From positions 402,633-466,632 of the forward strand of contig JBMOMC010000043.1 of assembly GCA_049325335.1 (NCBI GenBank): a stretch of 64,000 nt of DNA. Direction: 5' to 3'. The DNA comes from Nitrospirota bacterium (GTDB lineage Bacteria; Nitrospirota; Nitrospiria; 2-01-FULL-66-17). Made by a program: the position numbers and the translations under genes. The notes beneath the pieces are model-generated. The model saw only the letters and a program-made list of their open reading frames with translations. It searched no databases and had not been told where the DNA came from. The stretch's first letter is position 1, and every line of letters starts with the position of its first letter. Shown piece by piece: positions 28,406-38,057 of this stretch.

Positions 28406-29731
28406 ATGGACCTGTTTACCGCCGACCCCCCAAAGTCCGCCGAGCCCCGCCCGCCGCTTGCTGAGCGTATTCGGCCCCGCAGTTTGGATGAGTTCGTGGG
28501 CCAGGAGCATTTGGTGGGCAAGGGCCGGTTCTTGTCTTCGGTGCTCCAAGCGGAGCACCCGCCGTCGTTGATCTTCTGGGGGCCGCCGGGTTCCGGCAAG
28601 ACCACGCTCGCGCATTTGATCGCGAACAGCACCAAGTGCCGGTTCGTATTTTTCTCTGCGGTGCTGTCCGGCGTCAAAGAAGTGCGCGAACTGGTGGCCG
28701 AGGCCAGGACCCGGCGGCAGCACGGCGAACGCACGATCTTGTTCGTCGACGAAATCCATCGCTTCAATCGCAACCAGCAAGACGCGTTCCTCCCGCACGT
28801 GGAAGACGGCACCATCGTGTTGATGGGCGCGACCACGGAGAATCCCAGCTTCGAGGTCAACGCGCCGTTGCTCTCGCGCTGCAAGGTGCTCACGCTCCGG
28901 CCCCTGCGCGTGGAGCAGGTGGTGACGTTGCTGCGACGGGCGGTGAACGATCACGAACGCGGCGTGGGCGACTTGGGCGTGGTCTGCGACGACGAGTTGC
29001 TGGCCGAGATCGCAGAGTGGGCCGAGGGCGATGCGCGGCGCGCGCTCAACCTGCTGGAGCAATCGCTCGCGCTCTGCGCCGTGACCGACGGCCGACGGCT
29101 GCTCAGCGCGCGCGAGGTGCGCGAGGCCGCGCAGCACCGCGTCTTATTGTTCGACAAGGGCCGGGAAGAGCACTACAACGTTATCTCCGCGTTGATCAAG
29201 AGCCTGCGCGGCAGCGACCCCGATGCCGCGGTGTACTGGCTGGCGCGGTTGCTGGAGTCCGGGGAGGACCCGTTGTTCGTGGCGCGGCGGATGGTCATTT
29301 TCGCGTCCGAGGACGTGGGTAACGCGGACCCGCAAGGGTTGGTGGTTGCGGTGGCTGCGTTGCAGGCGTTCCACGCGGTAGGCATGCCGGAGGGCTGGAT
29401 TCCGTTGAGCCACGCGGCCACGTACCTGGCCACCGCGCCCAAGAGCAACGCAAGTTACGTGGCGTACCGCCGGGCCGCCGCGGAGTTGCAAGACAGCGGC
29501 ACGTTGCCGGTGCCGTTGCACTTGCGCAACGCGCCGACCAAGTTGATGAAGGCCGAGGGGTACGCCGAAGGGTATCGCTACCCGCACGATTTCCCGGGGC
29601 ACGTGGTCAGCCAACAGTACCTGCCGGATGCGTTGGCGGGGCGTCGCTATTACGACCCCGGCGATCAAGGCTACGAGCGCGAGATCGGTCGCCGCCTCGA
29701 AACGTGGCGAAACGACTCCGAGGAAGAATGA
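28406..29731 (+). CDS. rarA: replication-associated recombination protein A (AAA+)
   Basis: PLAERIRP, WGPPGSGKTT, DEIHRFN, GATTENPSF, KSLRGSDPDA. Confidence 0.95.
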   Translation: MDLFTADPPKSAEPRPPLAERIRPRSLDEFVGQEHLVGKGRFLSSVLQAEHPPSLIFWGPPGSGKTTLAHLIANSTKCRFVFFSAVLSGVKEVRELVAEARTRRQHGERTILFVDEIHRFNRNQQDAFLPHVEDGTIVLMGATTENPSFEVNAPLLSRCKVLTLRPLRVEQVVTLLRRAVNDHERGVGDLGVVCDDELLAEIAEWAEGDARRALNLLEQSLALCAVTDGRRLLSAREVREAAQHRVLLFDKGREEHYNVISALIKSLRGSDPDAAVYWLARLLESGEDPLFVARRMVIFASEDVGNADPQGLVVAVAALQAFHAVGMPEGWIPLSHAATYLATAPKSNASYVAYRRAAAELQDSGTLPVPLHLRNAPTKLMKAEGYAEGYRYPHDFPGHVVSQQYLPDALAGRRYYDPGDQGYEREIGRRLETWRNDSEEE

Positions 29732-29782
29732 GGCCCGCCGCGCTTGCATTGTGCTCGGAGGCCTTGCTATTCTGGCGCCGCC

Positions 29783-30397
29783 TTGGGTGCCGAGGACGAG
29801 CGCGAACACATACGTCGGGCCGCGTTGGCCCGACGCGACGCGTTGGCGCCGGAGACCCGCGACGCGTGTAGTCGCGCGATCGCGGATCGGTTCTGGGCCT
29901 TTCCCGAGGCGGCCGCGGCTCGGACGGTGCTGCTGTCGCTGTCGGTCGGCAGCGAAGTGTCCACGCGGACGCTGGTGGCTGAGGCGAGGCAACGCGGGCT
30001 GCGGGTGGCGGTGCCGGTGACGTTGACGGCCGAGCGCCGTTTGCTGGCGGTGGAGTTCCCGGGGGAGGACCGGTTGGAACCGGGGCCGTTCGGCATTCTC
30101 CAACCCCGTCCCAACGTGCGGGTGCCGGTGCCGGTTGATCGACTCGATCTGATTGTGGCGCCCGGCGCGGCGTTCGACCCGCGCGGGAATCGGTTGGGGT
30201 GGGGCGCGGGGTATTATGATCGGTTGCTGGCGGGGCGTCGTGCCGGCGCGCCGATCGTGGCGTTGGCGTTCGAGTGTCAAATCGTGCCGGCGATTCCGTC
30301 CGAGCCGCACGACGTGCCGATGGACGTGATCGTGACCGAACAACGAGTGATCAGGTCCCGACGAGGGGCCGGGGTCAGCGAGATGAAAGGGGAGTGA
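29783..30397 (+). CDS. 5-formyltetrahydrofolate cyclo-ligase
   Basis: [28 protein letters not shown]; start uncertain (TTG 29783). Confidence 0.92.
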   Translation: MGAEDEREHIRRAALARRDALAPETRDACSRAIADRFWAFPEAAAARTVLLSLSVGSEVSTRTLVAEARQRGLRVAVPVTLTAERRLLAVEFPGEDRLEPGPFGILQPRPNVRVPVPVDRLDLIVAPGAAFDPRGNRLGWGAGYYDRLLAGRRAGAPIVALAFECQIVPAIPSEPHDVPMDVIVTEQRVIRSRRGAGVSEMKGE

Positions 30398-30399
30398 AC

Positions 30400-31269
30400 G
30401 TGGCGGCGCAGTTGATCGACGGCAAGGTGATTTCCAAGGCAGTCAAAGAGGAGGTGCGCGCGCGGGTTGACGCGCTGATCGCCAAAGGCATCCGACCGGG
30501 CCTGGCCACGGTGTTGGTGGGAGAGGACCCGGCATCCCAGGTGTACGTGCGCAACAAGCAGCGCACGTGCGAGGAACTCGGGATGCACACGGTGGGGCAC
30601 AACCTGCCCGCCGCGACTTCGCAAAGCGACTTGTTGGCGTTGATTCAGCGATTGAACGCGGATCCCGCGATCCACGGGATCCTGGTGCAACTGCCGTTGC
30701 CCAAACCGCTGCGCAGCGAGCCGATCCTCAACGCCATGTCGCCGGACAAGGACGCGGACGGGCTGCACCCGTTCAATATGGGCAAACTCCTGATGGGCGA
30801 GCCGCGGTTCGTCCCGTGTACGCCCGCGGGGGTGATCGCGATGTTGGATTACCACAAATTGCCGATCGAGGGGAAAACCGCGGTGGTAGTGGGCCGCAGC
30901 AACCTGGTCGGCAAACCGGTCGCCCTGCTGTTGATGCACCGGCACGCCACGGTGACCGTGTGTCATTCCAAGACGCCCAACCTCGCGGAAGTCTGTCGGC
31001 GCGCGGACATTGTGGTGGCGGCGATGGGTAAGGCGCATTTTATCACCGGCGACATGGTCAAGGACGGCGCGGTGGTGATCGACGTGGGCATCAACCGGTT
31101 ACCGGACGGTAAACTCGTCGGCGACGTGGACTTCGCGGCGGTCGCGCCCAAGGCATCGTGGATCACCCCGGTGCCGGGGGGAGTCGGGCCGATGACGATC
31201 GCGATGTTGATGCAGAACACGATGCTGGCCGCGTCCATGACCGCGGACGCGGGGCAGCATCGGCACTGA
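30400..31269 (+). CDS. folD: methylenetetrahydrofolate dehydrogenase/cyclohydrolase
   Basis: [43 protein letters not shown]. Confidence 0.97.
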   Translation: MAAQLIDGKVISKAVKEEVRARVDALIAKGIRPGLATVLVGEDPASQVYVRNKQRTCEELGMHTVGHNLPAATSQSDLLALIQRLNADPAIHGILVQLPLPKPLRSEPILNAMSPDKDADGLHPFNMGKLLMGEPRFVPCTPAGVIAMLDYHKLPIEGKTAVVVGRSNLVGKPVALLLMHRHATVTVCHSKTPNLAEVCRRADIVVAAMGKAHFITGDMVKDGAVVIDVGINRLPDGKLVGDVDFAAVAPKASWITPVPGGVGPMTIAMLMQNTMLAASMTADAGQHRH

Positions 31270-31278
31270 GGAGAGAGC

Positions 31279-32157
31279 ATGCGGCGATTGCGCGAAGTCA
31301 TTGAATCAGGCCAATTTGCGGTCACGGTCGAATGCGAACCCCCCAAGGGCGCAGATGTCACGGCCGTGCTCTCGCGCACCAAGGCGTTGGTGGGGCGCGT
31401 ACACGGCATCAACGTCACGGACAACCAGGCGGCCGTGATGCGGATGTCGTCGTTGGCCATGTGCCGGTTGCTCTATGAGCAGGGCCACGACCCGGTGCTC
31501 CAGTTGACCACGCGGGACCGTAACCGATTGGCGCTCCAATCCGACCTGCTGGGCGCGCACGCATTGGGCATTCGCAACGTGCTCTGCCTGCGCGGCGACG
31601 ATCCCAGCGTGGGGGACCACAAAGACGCCAAGCCCGTGTTCGATTTGGACGCGGCGCAACTGTTGGGCGTGGTGAACGGACTGAATGCGGGCAAGGATTT
31701 GGCGGGCAACGCGCTCAAGGGCGCGACCGACTTTTTCCCCGCGGCCGCGGTCAGCCCGGAAATGGTCCCACCGGAGCCGCAACTGGCCGGCCTCCAGAAG
31801 AAGATGGCGTCGGGCGCGCGGTTTTTCCAGACCCAGGCGGTCTACAACCCGGACCGGTTCGGCGCGTTCATGGACAAGGCGCGGCCGCTCGGCGCGCGTA
31901 TTTTGGCCGGTATCGTGGTACTCAAGTCCGCCAAGATGGCCGAATACATGAACAAGAACATCCCCGGCATCTCGGTGCCCCAGCCGCTCATCGACGAGTT
32001 GGCCGCTGCGAGCAAGGAGGAGGCCCTGGGTGTGGGCATCGACATTGCGGTGCGGCTCATCGGCCAACTCCGCCCCCTGTGCCAGGGCGTGCACATCATG
32101 GCCGTGGGCGCGGACCAGGCCATCCCGGAGATCCTCACCCGCGCGAAACTTTCCTAA
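31279..32157 (+). CDS. metF: methylenetetrahydrofolate reductase
   Basis: EPPKG, NVTDN, RDRNRLALQSDLLGA, FFQTQAVY. Confidence 0.9.
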   Translation: MRRLREVIESGQFAVTVECEPPKGADVTAVLSRTKALVGRVHGINVTDNQAAVMRMSSLAMCRLLYEQGHDPVLQLTTRDRNRLALQSDLLGAHALGIRNVLCLRGDDPSVGDHKDAKPVFDLDAAQLLGVVNGLNAGKDLAGNALKGATDFFPAAAVSPEMVPPEPQLAGLQKKMASGARFFQTQAVYNPDRFGAFMDKARPLGARILAGIVVLKSAKMAEYMNKNIPGISVPQPLIDELAAASKEEALGVGIDIAVRLIGQLRPLCQGVHIMAVGADQAIPEILTRAKLS

Positions 32158-32960
32158 TGGCGCCCCCGCGCGTCACGGTGCCGGAACTGCAACGGCGCAA
32201 AACCGACGGCGAGCGGATCACCATGGTGACCGCGTACGACTATCCGTTCGGCCGCATCGCGGACGAAGCGGGCATCGACGTGATCCTGGTGGGCGATTCA
32301 GTGGGCGTGGTGGTGCAAGGCCACAGCACCACGTTGCCCGTGACCATGGACCAAATGATCTATCACACCGAGATGGTCACCCGAGCCGCGCGGCGGGCGT
32401 TGATCATCGGCGACATGCCGTTCATGTCGTTTCAAGTCTCCGACGAAGAGGCGGTGCGCAACGCGGGCCGCTTCATCCAAGAGGGCCACGCGGCCGCGGT
32501 CAAATTGGAGAGCCCGCCCTCGATGATGTCGCGCGTGGCCGCGATCGCTGCCGCGGATATTCCCGTGATGGCGCACCTGGGTCTGTCGCCGCAATCGATC
32601 CACAAGATGGGCGGGTACAAGGTGCAGGGCCGCACGCCTCCGGCCGCGCAGCGATTGCTCGACGATGCCAAACGCGCGGAGGACGCGGGCGCGTTTGCGG
32701 TGTTGATCGAAGGCGTGCCCCCACCCGTGGCCAAGAAAATCACCAAGGCGCTGTCGATTCCCACGGTGGGCATCGGCGCTGGGCCCGGCTGCGACGGGCA
32801 GGTGCTGGTGTTGCACGATTTGCTCGGCCTGTTCGTGGAGTTCAGCCCCAAATTCGTCAAGCGCTACGCCAACCTGCGCGAAACCGCGCTCAAAGCCTTG
32901 ATCGCGTATCGCAACGAAGTGATGACGGGCCGATTTCCGACGGCGAAAGAAAGTTACTGA
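32157..32960 (+). CDS. panB: 3-methyl-2-oxobutanoate hydroxymethyltransferase
   Basis: TAYD, LVGDS, GDMPF, HLGLSPQ, GIGAG..CDGQVLV. Confidence 0.96.
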   Translation: MAPPRVTVPELQRRKTDGERITMVTAYDYPFGRIADEAGIDVILVGDSVGVVVQGHSTTLPVTMDQMIYHTEMVTRAARRALIIGDMPFMSFQVSDEEAVRNAGRFIQEGHAAAVKLESPPSMMSRVAAIAAADIPVMAHLGLSPQSIHKMGGYKVQGRTPPAAQRLLDDAKRAEDAGAFAVLIEGVPPPVAKKITKALSIPTVGIGAGPGCDGQVLVLHDLLGLFVEFSPKFVKRYANLRETALKALIAYRNEVMTGRFPTAKESY

Positions 32961-32971
32961 CTGCTTACGCG

Positions 32972-33359
32972 ATGGAGTGGTCCGACCAGGGGCCGGAGCT
33001 GGGGGTTGCCTCAGACAGCCTGGAAACAGTCACGAAAAATAAATCCGTCCCCTTATCACGTCCTATAAAGAGAATAATCCGGCGAGGATTTAAGCTGCTT
33101 CTGGCTGTGATGGCGATAGGACTTGTCTACGGAGGCGTGAACCCTAGAACAATTTACGGTGTCACAATCAATCAAGCTAATTTCGGTGGATTCTTTCTTG
33201 TCTTTTTTGGACTATATTCCTTTATGTTTCATAATTCCGGTCTACATCGGGGAGAGACAAGAAATCCTTGTGAGGGGCTGGTGGGCAATCCTCATTAGGA
33301 TTGCCCTTATCGCAACCGGCGGTTTCGTCCTCCTGAAGTTCGGTGGCTCGGGACCATGA
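32972..33359 (+). pseudogene. AT-rich small membrane-protein gene, apparently frameshifted near 33227-33230
   Basis: Two hydrophobic helices in one frame and a third in another frame join cleanly if one base is removed at ATG TTT C ATA. Confidence 0.45.
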
Positions 33360-33406
33360 TGGGGACGTTCTTCAGAATACAAATGAAAAGGGGACGGATT
33401 TATTTT
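33036..33406. repeat. perfect 19-bp inverted repeat pair bounding an AT-rich segment
   Basis: AAAATAAATCCGTCCCCTT (33036-33054) and AAGGGGACGGATTTATTTT (33388-33406). Confidence 0.85.
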
Positions 33407-33505
33407 ATGAGGGTTGGGGCGGTGCCACCAACCACCATTTGACAATCGGTTGATTTTTGGATCTGTTGACGGTACAGTGAGACATACGTTCTGAGGTATG
33501 CCGAA

Positions 33506-33787
33506 ATGAAGAGAGTCCCTGCGATCGTTCCGGTGACAGATCTTCGACAAGACGCCGCGAGTGCACTTAAACGCCTCAAGGCATCCCACGAGCCCCTCGT
33601 GATTACTCAGCGCGGTCGCGCCGCGGCGGTGATGTTGAGCGTCGAGGCTTATGAGCAGCGGGAGTCTGAGCGCGAGTTGTTGAAGCGGCTTGCGCTGGGC
33701 GAAAAAGAACTCGCCAAAGGCAAGGGACACAGCCTGGACGAGGTGTTGGCCGCAGCCGACGCGCTGTTAGCCGCCAAATCGGCGTGA
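33506..33787 (+). CDS. type II antitoxin, Phd/YefM family
   Basis: PVTDLRQ...EPLVITQRGRAAAVMLSVEAYE. Confidence 0.9.
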   Translation: MKRVPAIVPVTDLRQDAASALKRLKASHEPLVITQRGRAAAVMLSVEAYEQRESERELLKRLALGEKELAKGKGHSLDEVLAAADALLAAKSA

Positions 33788-34074
33788 AGCTTCGCTTCAC
33801 GCCGACGGCACGCGCTGATTTTCTCTCCGTCATCGCTTACATTTACCGCGACAATCCCCCGGCGGCTCGGCGATTTCGGCAACACGCCGAACGCGTCTTA
33901 CGCCGCCTGGAACGCTATCCCGCTTCCGGGAGAGTGATCCCGGAGTTTCCAGACCTTCCACATCGGGAGGTCGTCGTTGCCCCGTATCGGTTCTTCTATC
34001 GCGTATATGACCGTAGGATTTGGATCGTCGCTGTGTGGCACGGAGCCCGACTACCGGATCGCCCTACGCCATGA
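33784..34074 (+). CDS. type II toxin, RelE/ParE family
   Basis: FTPTARAD..YI..DNP.AA, P.SGR.IPE, YRFFYR, IVAVWHGAR; 4-nt overlap with the antitoxin. Confidence 0.9.
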   Translation: MKLRFTPTARADFLSVIAYIYRDNPPAARRFRQHAERVLRRLERYPASGRVIPEFPDLPHREVVVAPYRFFYRVYDRRIWIVAVWHGARLPDRPTP

Positions 34075-34146
34075 CAGCCCAGATACGCCATCCGTATCAC
34101 GTTGTGATACAGGTCTCGATGTAAAGAAAAGCGGACGGACTTCGTC

Positions 34147-34416
34147 TCAATGCTGGTGGCGATCAGTCCGGACGGTCTGTTGCGCGCGGTCCACGACCCG
34201 CTGGAAGACGGCTTGCAGGTCGTTGATCGTGAGGGAGGAAAGCGGCACGGCAACGGCGACAGTGCTCGCGGGTGTGCTGATTGTGATTTGATCCCCATGT
34301 TGGTCCACGCGCACCGATACCAACGCCCCGCCGAACCGTAAGTGCCAGTCGCCGATCTGCCCTTCCAGACAGGTTGAGAGCGTCCACAAAAATTCCTCGA
34401 CTTCGCCGATCGTCAT
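34147..34416 (-). CDS. hypothetical protein
   Basis: GAGG before the ATG; 89-aa alpha/beta-like sequence following the ABC permease. Confidence 0.55.
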   Translation of the reverse strand: MTIGEVEEFLWTLSTCLEGQIGDWHLRFGGALVSVRVDQHGDQITISTPASTVAVAVPLSSLTINDLQAVFQRVVDRAQQTVRTDRHQH

Positions 34417-34436
34417 TGGGGCGTTCCTCGGAACCG

Positions 34437-35228
34437 TTACTCCCCAACCTGCAACAACAGGCCTTTGCGGCGCGCAACCCGGAACATGCCGAGGAACCCC
34501 GCGCAGCCCAGGATCAGATACACGGCGTTTAGCGCGAGCGCGCCGAGCAGCAGCCCGACGTCGAACCGTCCCTCCAACAAGACGGCGCGCAGGCCTTCGA
34601 ACACGTGCGCGGCGGGGGTGGCCCAGGCCACGGGTTGCAGCCAGCTTGGCAGCACGGAAACCGGATAAAAGACCGCGGCCACGGGTTGGAACAAGAAAAT
34701 CACGGCCCAGGCCAGGCTTTCGGCGCCTTGCCCGAACCGCATGATCAACGCGGACACCAACATGCCAATCGACCACCCCATGATCAGCAGGTTGACGAAA
34801 AACGCGGCTAACGCGAAGCCCATCGCAAACAGATTGTAGTGATACAGCAATGCGGCCAGCAATGCCATGAACAGAGACGCGATCAGGGTGCGGGCCAGCG
34901 CCACGATGACCTGGCTGGTCACGAACTCCAACGGAGTCAAGGGGCTGGCGAACAAGTTCGAGAGGTTACGCGACCAGATTTCTTCCAGGAACGCGAGCGA
35001 GACGCCGATTTGCGCGCGAAACAACACGTCCCAGAGGATCAACCCGCCGAGGAATAACATGACGAAGTCCGGCAGCCCGGGGCCCAGCCCGCGCAGGTAG
35101 ATCGTCAGGAAGCCCCAGACGAACAATTCCATGGCGGGCCAGTAGACGAGTTCGACCAGGCGGGTCCACGAGCTACGGTACAGGTATATGTGACGCCAGA
35201 CCATCGCCATGACGCGGCGCGGATTCAC
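34437..35228 (-). CDS. ABC-2 type transporter permease
   Basis: FLEEIWSRNL.NLFASPL, VFYPVSVLPSWLQ; about 6 TM helices. Confidence 0.9.
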   Translation of the reverse strand: MNPRRVMAMVWRHIYLYRSSWTRLVELVYWPAMELFVWGFLTIYLRGLGPGLPDFVMLFLGGLILWDVLFRAQIGVSLAFLEEIWSRNLSNLFASPLTPLEFVTSQVIVALARTLIASLFMALLAALLYHYNLFAMGFALAAFFVNLLIMGWSIGMLVSALIMRFGQGAESLAWAVIFLFQPVAAVFYPVSVLPSWLQPVAWATPAAHVFEGLRAVLLEGRFDVGLLLGALALNAVYLILGCAGFLGMFRVARRKGLLLQVGE

Positions 35229-35962
35229 GGGTCTCGGTCCTTCCGCGCGATGGCGAGAAAGACATCTTCGAGCGATTCGCGTCCGTACCGTTGGATCAAC
35301 CGGGCCGGCGTGTCCTGATCCACGCAGCGGCCGTGCTGGAGCACGATCACGCGATCGCACAGCCGTTCCACTTCACTCATGTTGTGGGAGGAGAGCAGGA
35401 TAGCGGCGCCGGTGGTGGCGCGGTACTCGGCCAGCCACGTCCGCACGCGGTCCGCGACGTCCGGGTCCAGGCTCGCGGTGGGTTCGTCCAACAGCAGGAG
35501 TTCCGGCGCGTTGATCAGCGCCTTGGCGAGCGCAACACGCGTGCGTTGGCCCGAGGAGAGTTCCCCGAAACGACGATCGAGGAACGCCGCGATGTCGAGC
35601 CGCTGCGCCAAGTCGGCGATGGTCTCGCGCAATCGCGACACGCCGTACAGACGACCATAGACCAAGAGGTTCTCGCGCACGGTCAGTCGGTGGGGAAGGT
35701 CGGCGTAGGGCGAGGAAAAATTCATTCGGCTCAACACGGTTTGCCGATGTGAGGCCACGTCCAACCCGAACAGCCGGATCCGGCCGGTGGTGGGGATCAG
35801 GAGCGCGAGCAACATGGAGAGCGTGGTGGTTTTACCCGCGCCGTTCGGGCCCAGCAATCCCACGATTTCGCCGCGCCCGACGGCAAATGACAGATCCGAC
35901 ACAGCCCAGACGTCCTTGAATCGTTTGCCGACGCGATCGATGTCGACAATGTGGTCGGCCAT
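35225..35962 (-). CDS. ABC transporter ATP-binding protein
   Basis: GPNGAGKTT, LSSGQ, LLLDEPT. Confidence 0.95.
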   Translation of the reverse strand: MADHIVDIDRVGKRFKDVWAVSDLSFAVGRGEIVGLLGPNGAGKTTTLSMLLALLIPTTGRIRLFGLDVASHRQTVLSRMNFSSPYADLPHRLTVRENLLVYGRLYGVSRLRETIADLAQRLDIAAFLDRRFGELSSGQRTRVALAKALINAPELLLLDEPTASLDPDVADRVRTWLAEYRATTGAAILLSSHNMSEVERLCDRVIVLQHGRCVDQDTPARLIQRYGRESLEDVFLAIARKDRDP

Positions 35963-35981
35963 CAGGAGCTCGGGAGAAATG

Positions 35982-36824
35982 TTACCGGCCGATGTCGGCT
36001 AACGGGGAATCGGTCACGGTGACGGCGCCACGCGGATTCGCCGCGAGCGCGTTGGCGGTCGCGAGTTCGTCGTGCGGCGGAGTGGTCCCCGAGTCCGGCG
36101 TGAGCACGAGTCCCCAGTGGTCGTTGTCGCGGCACACGTTGTCCAGCAGCAAGGCGTGGGCGTGGTGAAATAGCAAGATGCCGCTTAGTCGGTTGTCGCG
36201 ACAGGTATTCCGGATCACGTCGGGTTTGGTGCCGGGATCGCGCAGTGCGATGCCGAAATGATGGTTGTCGAAGCAGTCATTGCGGGTCAGATACGGCGCG
36301 GCGCCGGCAAAGACGAAGATCCCGGACTCCCGGTTACGACAGACCTCGTTATCGGCCAGCGTGGGGCGGGATTCCGGGCCGTAGATGACGATCCCCGACA
36401 GAAGGCCGTCCGCGATGCGGCAGCGGCTGATGGTGCAGGTGGAGTCCAAGAGGTTCACGGCCGAGTGCTGGTCGCTGCCGACATACCGAAACGTGATGTC
36501 CGAGATCGTCCCGCTCGGCAGGCGTTGGAGGTAGATGGGGCCGGTGCGTCGGCTGAAAATTTCAACCAGATCGCGCCCGGCGCCGATCAACCGCACGGGC
36601 CCTCCGACCAAGAAGATCTTGTCCTCGTACCGTCCGGGTCGGACGAACACCTGATCACCGGCTTCGGCGTCGGCCAAGGCGGCGCTGGGGCGGGGGTAAC
36701 AGGAAGGGTCGCTGCCGTCAACGATCAACGTCCGCCCGCCCGCGGGATTGGGCGGTGGCGTCAGGGGGGCGGCAGGCGCGGACGGCGTCTCGCGGTCAAC
36801 CGCATCGGCTTCGGAATCTGGCAC
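35982..36824 (-). CDS. right-handed parallel beta-helix repeat protein
   Basis: Repeated N.C..N...GI motifs; GDQVFVRPGRY. Confidence 0.85.
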   Translation of the reverse strand: MPDSEADAVDRETPSAPAAPLTPPPNPAGGRTLIVDGSDPSCYPRPSAALADAEAGDQVFVRPGRYEDKIFLVGGPVRLIGAGRDLVEIFSRRTGPIYLQRLPSGTISDITFRYVGSDQHSAVNLLDSTCTISRCRIADGLLSGIVIYGPESRPTLADNEVCRNRESGIFVFAGAAPYLTRNDCFDNHHFGIALRDPGTKPDVIRNTCRDNRLSGILLFHHAHALLLDNVCRDNDHWGLVLTPDSGTTPPHDELATANALAANPRGAVTVTDSPLADIGR

Positions 36825-36940
36825 GGGGATCTCCTGGCTGCGCGCGAGAGTGTTCTATCAGACGCTCGAATCAGCGGTCAAGCGAGGATTGCGGAGGGCT
36901 TTCCGCTTCGGTAGAGTACGGATCGTACTCAGGAGGAGGG

Positions 36941-38005
36941 ATGATGAGCGGGAAGGCGTGGCTGGGAATCGCGGCGATTATCACCTGCACGGGATCAGCG
37001 GTAGGGGCCGCGACCGACCCGGACGAAGCGAACAACATCGGCGTGTACAGTCAGGCGCGCGACAGCGTGGTGAACATCACGAATGTCGTGATCGACTACG
37101 ACATCTTTTCCACACCCTACGCCAGCGAATCAAGCGGGTCGGGCGTGGTGCTGGATACTCAGGGACATATCGTCACGAACCACCACGTTGTGCACAACGC
37201 GTCGCGGTTGGAAGTGACCTTGTCCGACGAGAGTAAGTGGCCAGCCGAGGTCGTGGGCAAGGACGCGGCCGCGGATTTGGCCGTGATCAAAATCCAGGCG
37301 CCGGCCGCCAAGCTCCGCCCGCTGCGTTTGGGCGAGTCGTCCGGGCTCAGGGTCGGTCAGAAGGTGTTGGTGATCGGCAACCCGTTCGGGCTGGAGCAGA
37401 CCTTGACCACCGGAATCATCAGTTCGATCCGGCGGTACCTCAAACTCTCAGGCGCGGAAATGGAGAACGTGATCCAGACCGACGCGGCGATCAACCCGGG
37501 CAACTCGGGGGGGCCGTTGCTCGACAGCGAGGGGCGCGTGATCGGGATCAACACCGCGATCTTTTCGCCGTCGGGCGGCAACGTGGGGATCGGTTTTGCC
37601 GTGCCGGTGGATACGGTCAAACGCGTGGTCTCCGAGTTGTTGGACAAAGGCTACGTGGCGTACGCATGGATGGGGGTGGAGATGCAGACGCTGATTCCGC
37701 GCTACGCCGAGGCGCTGGATCTGCCGGTTGACCGCGGGGTGCTGGTCGGTCGGCTCGTGCGCAACGGACCCGCGCACCGCGCCGGCATCCGCGGGGGCGC
37801 GGACCGCGTGATCGTGGGGAACACGCGCTTGGTTGTCGGCGGGGACATCATTGTCGAGGCGGACGGCCAGGCGGTGGCATCCACCGAGCAACTGCAGCGC
37901 CTGCTGCGCGCAAAAAAACCCGGCGATACGATGCGGCTGACCGTGGTGCGCGAGGGGCGGCGTGTGAACGTCGCAATGGCGCTCGGCGAGCGGCCGGTGG
38001 AGTGA
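36941..38005 (+). CDS. HtrA/DegS-like serine protease with one PDZ domain
   Basis: TNHHV, DLAVIK, QTDAAINPGNSGGPL; AGGAGG RBS. Confidence 0.95.
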   Translation: MMSGKAWLGIAAIITCTGSAVGAATDPDEANNIGVYSQARDSVVNITNVVIDYDIFSTPYASESSGSGVVLDTQGHIVTNHHVVHNASRLEVTLSDESKWPAEVVGKDAAADLAVIKIQAPAAKLRPLRLGESSGLRVGQKVLVIGNPFGLEQTLTTGIISSIRRYLKLSGAEMENVIQTDAAINPGNSGGPLLDSEGRVIGINTAIFSPSGGNVGIGFAVPVDTVKRVVSELLDKGYVAYAWMGVEMQTLIPRYAEALDLPVDRGVLVGRLVRNGPAHRAGIRGGADRVIVGNTRLVVGGDIIVEADGQAVASTEQLQRLLRAKKPGDTMRLTVVREGRRVNVAMALGERPVE

Positions 38006-38057
38006 TGTAGAGGCAAAGACGAGTGGGGGAGGGGGAGAAGGGGAAAGGGCAAGAACA

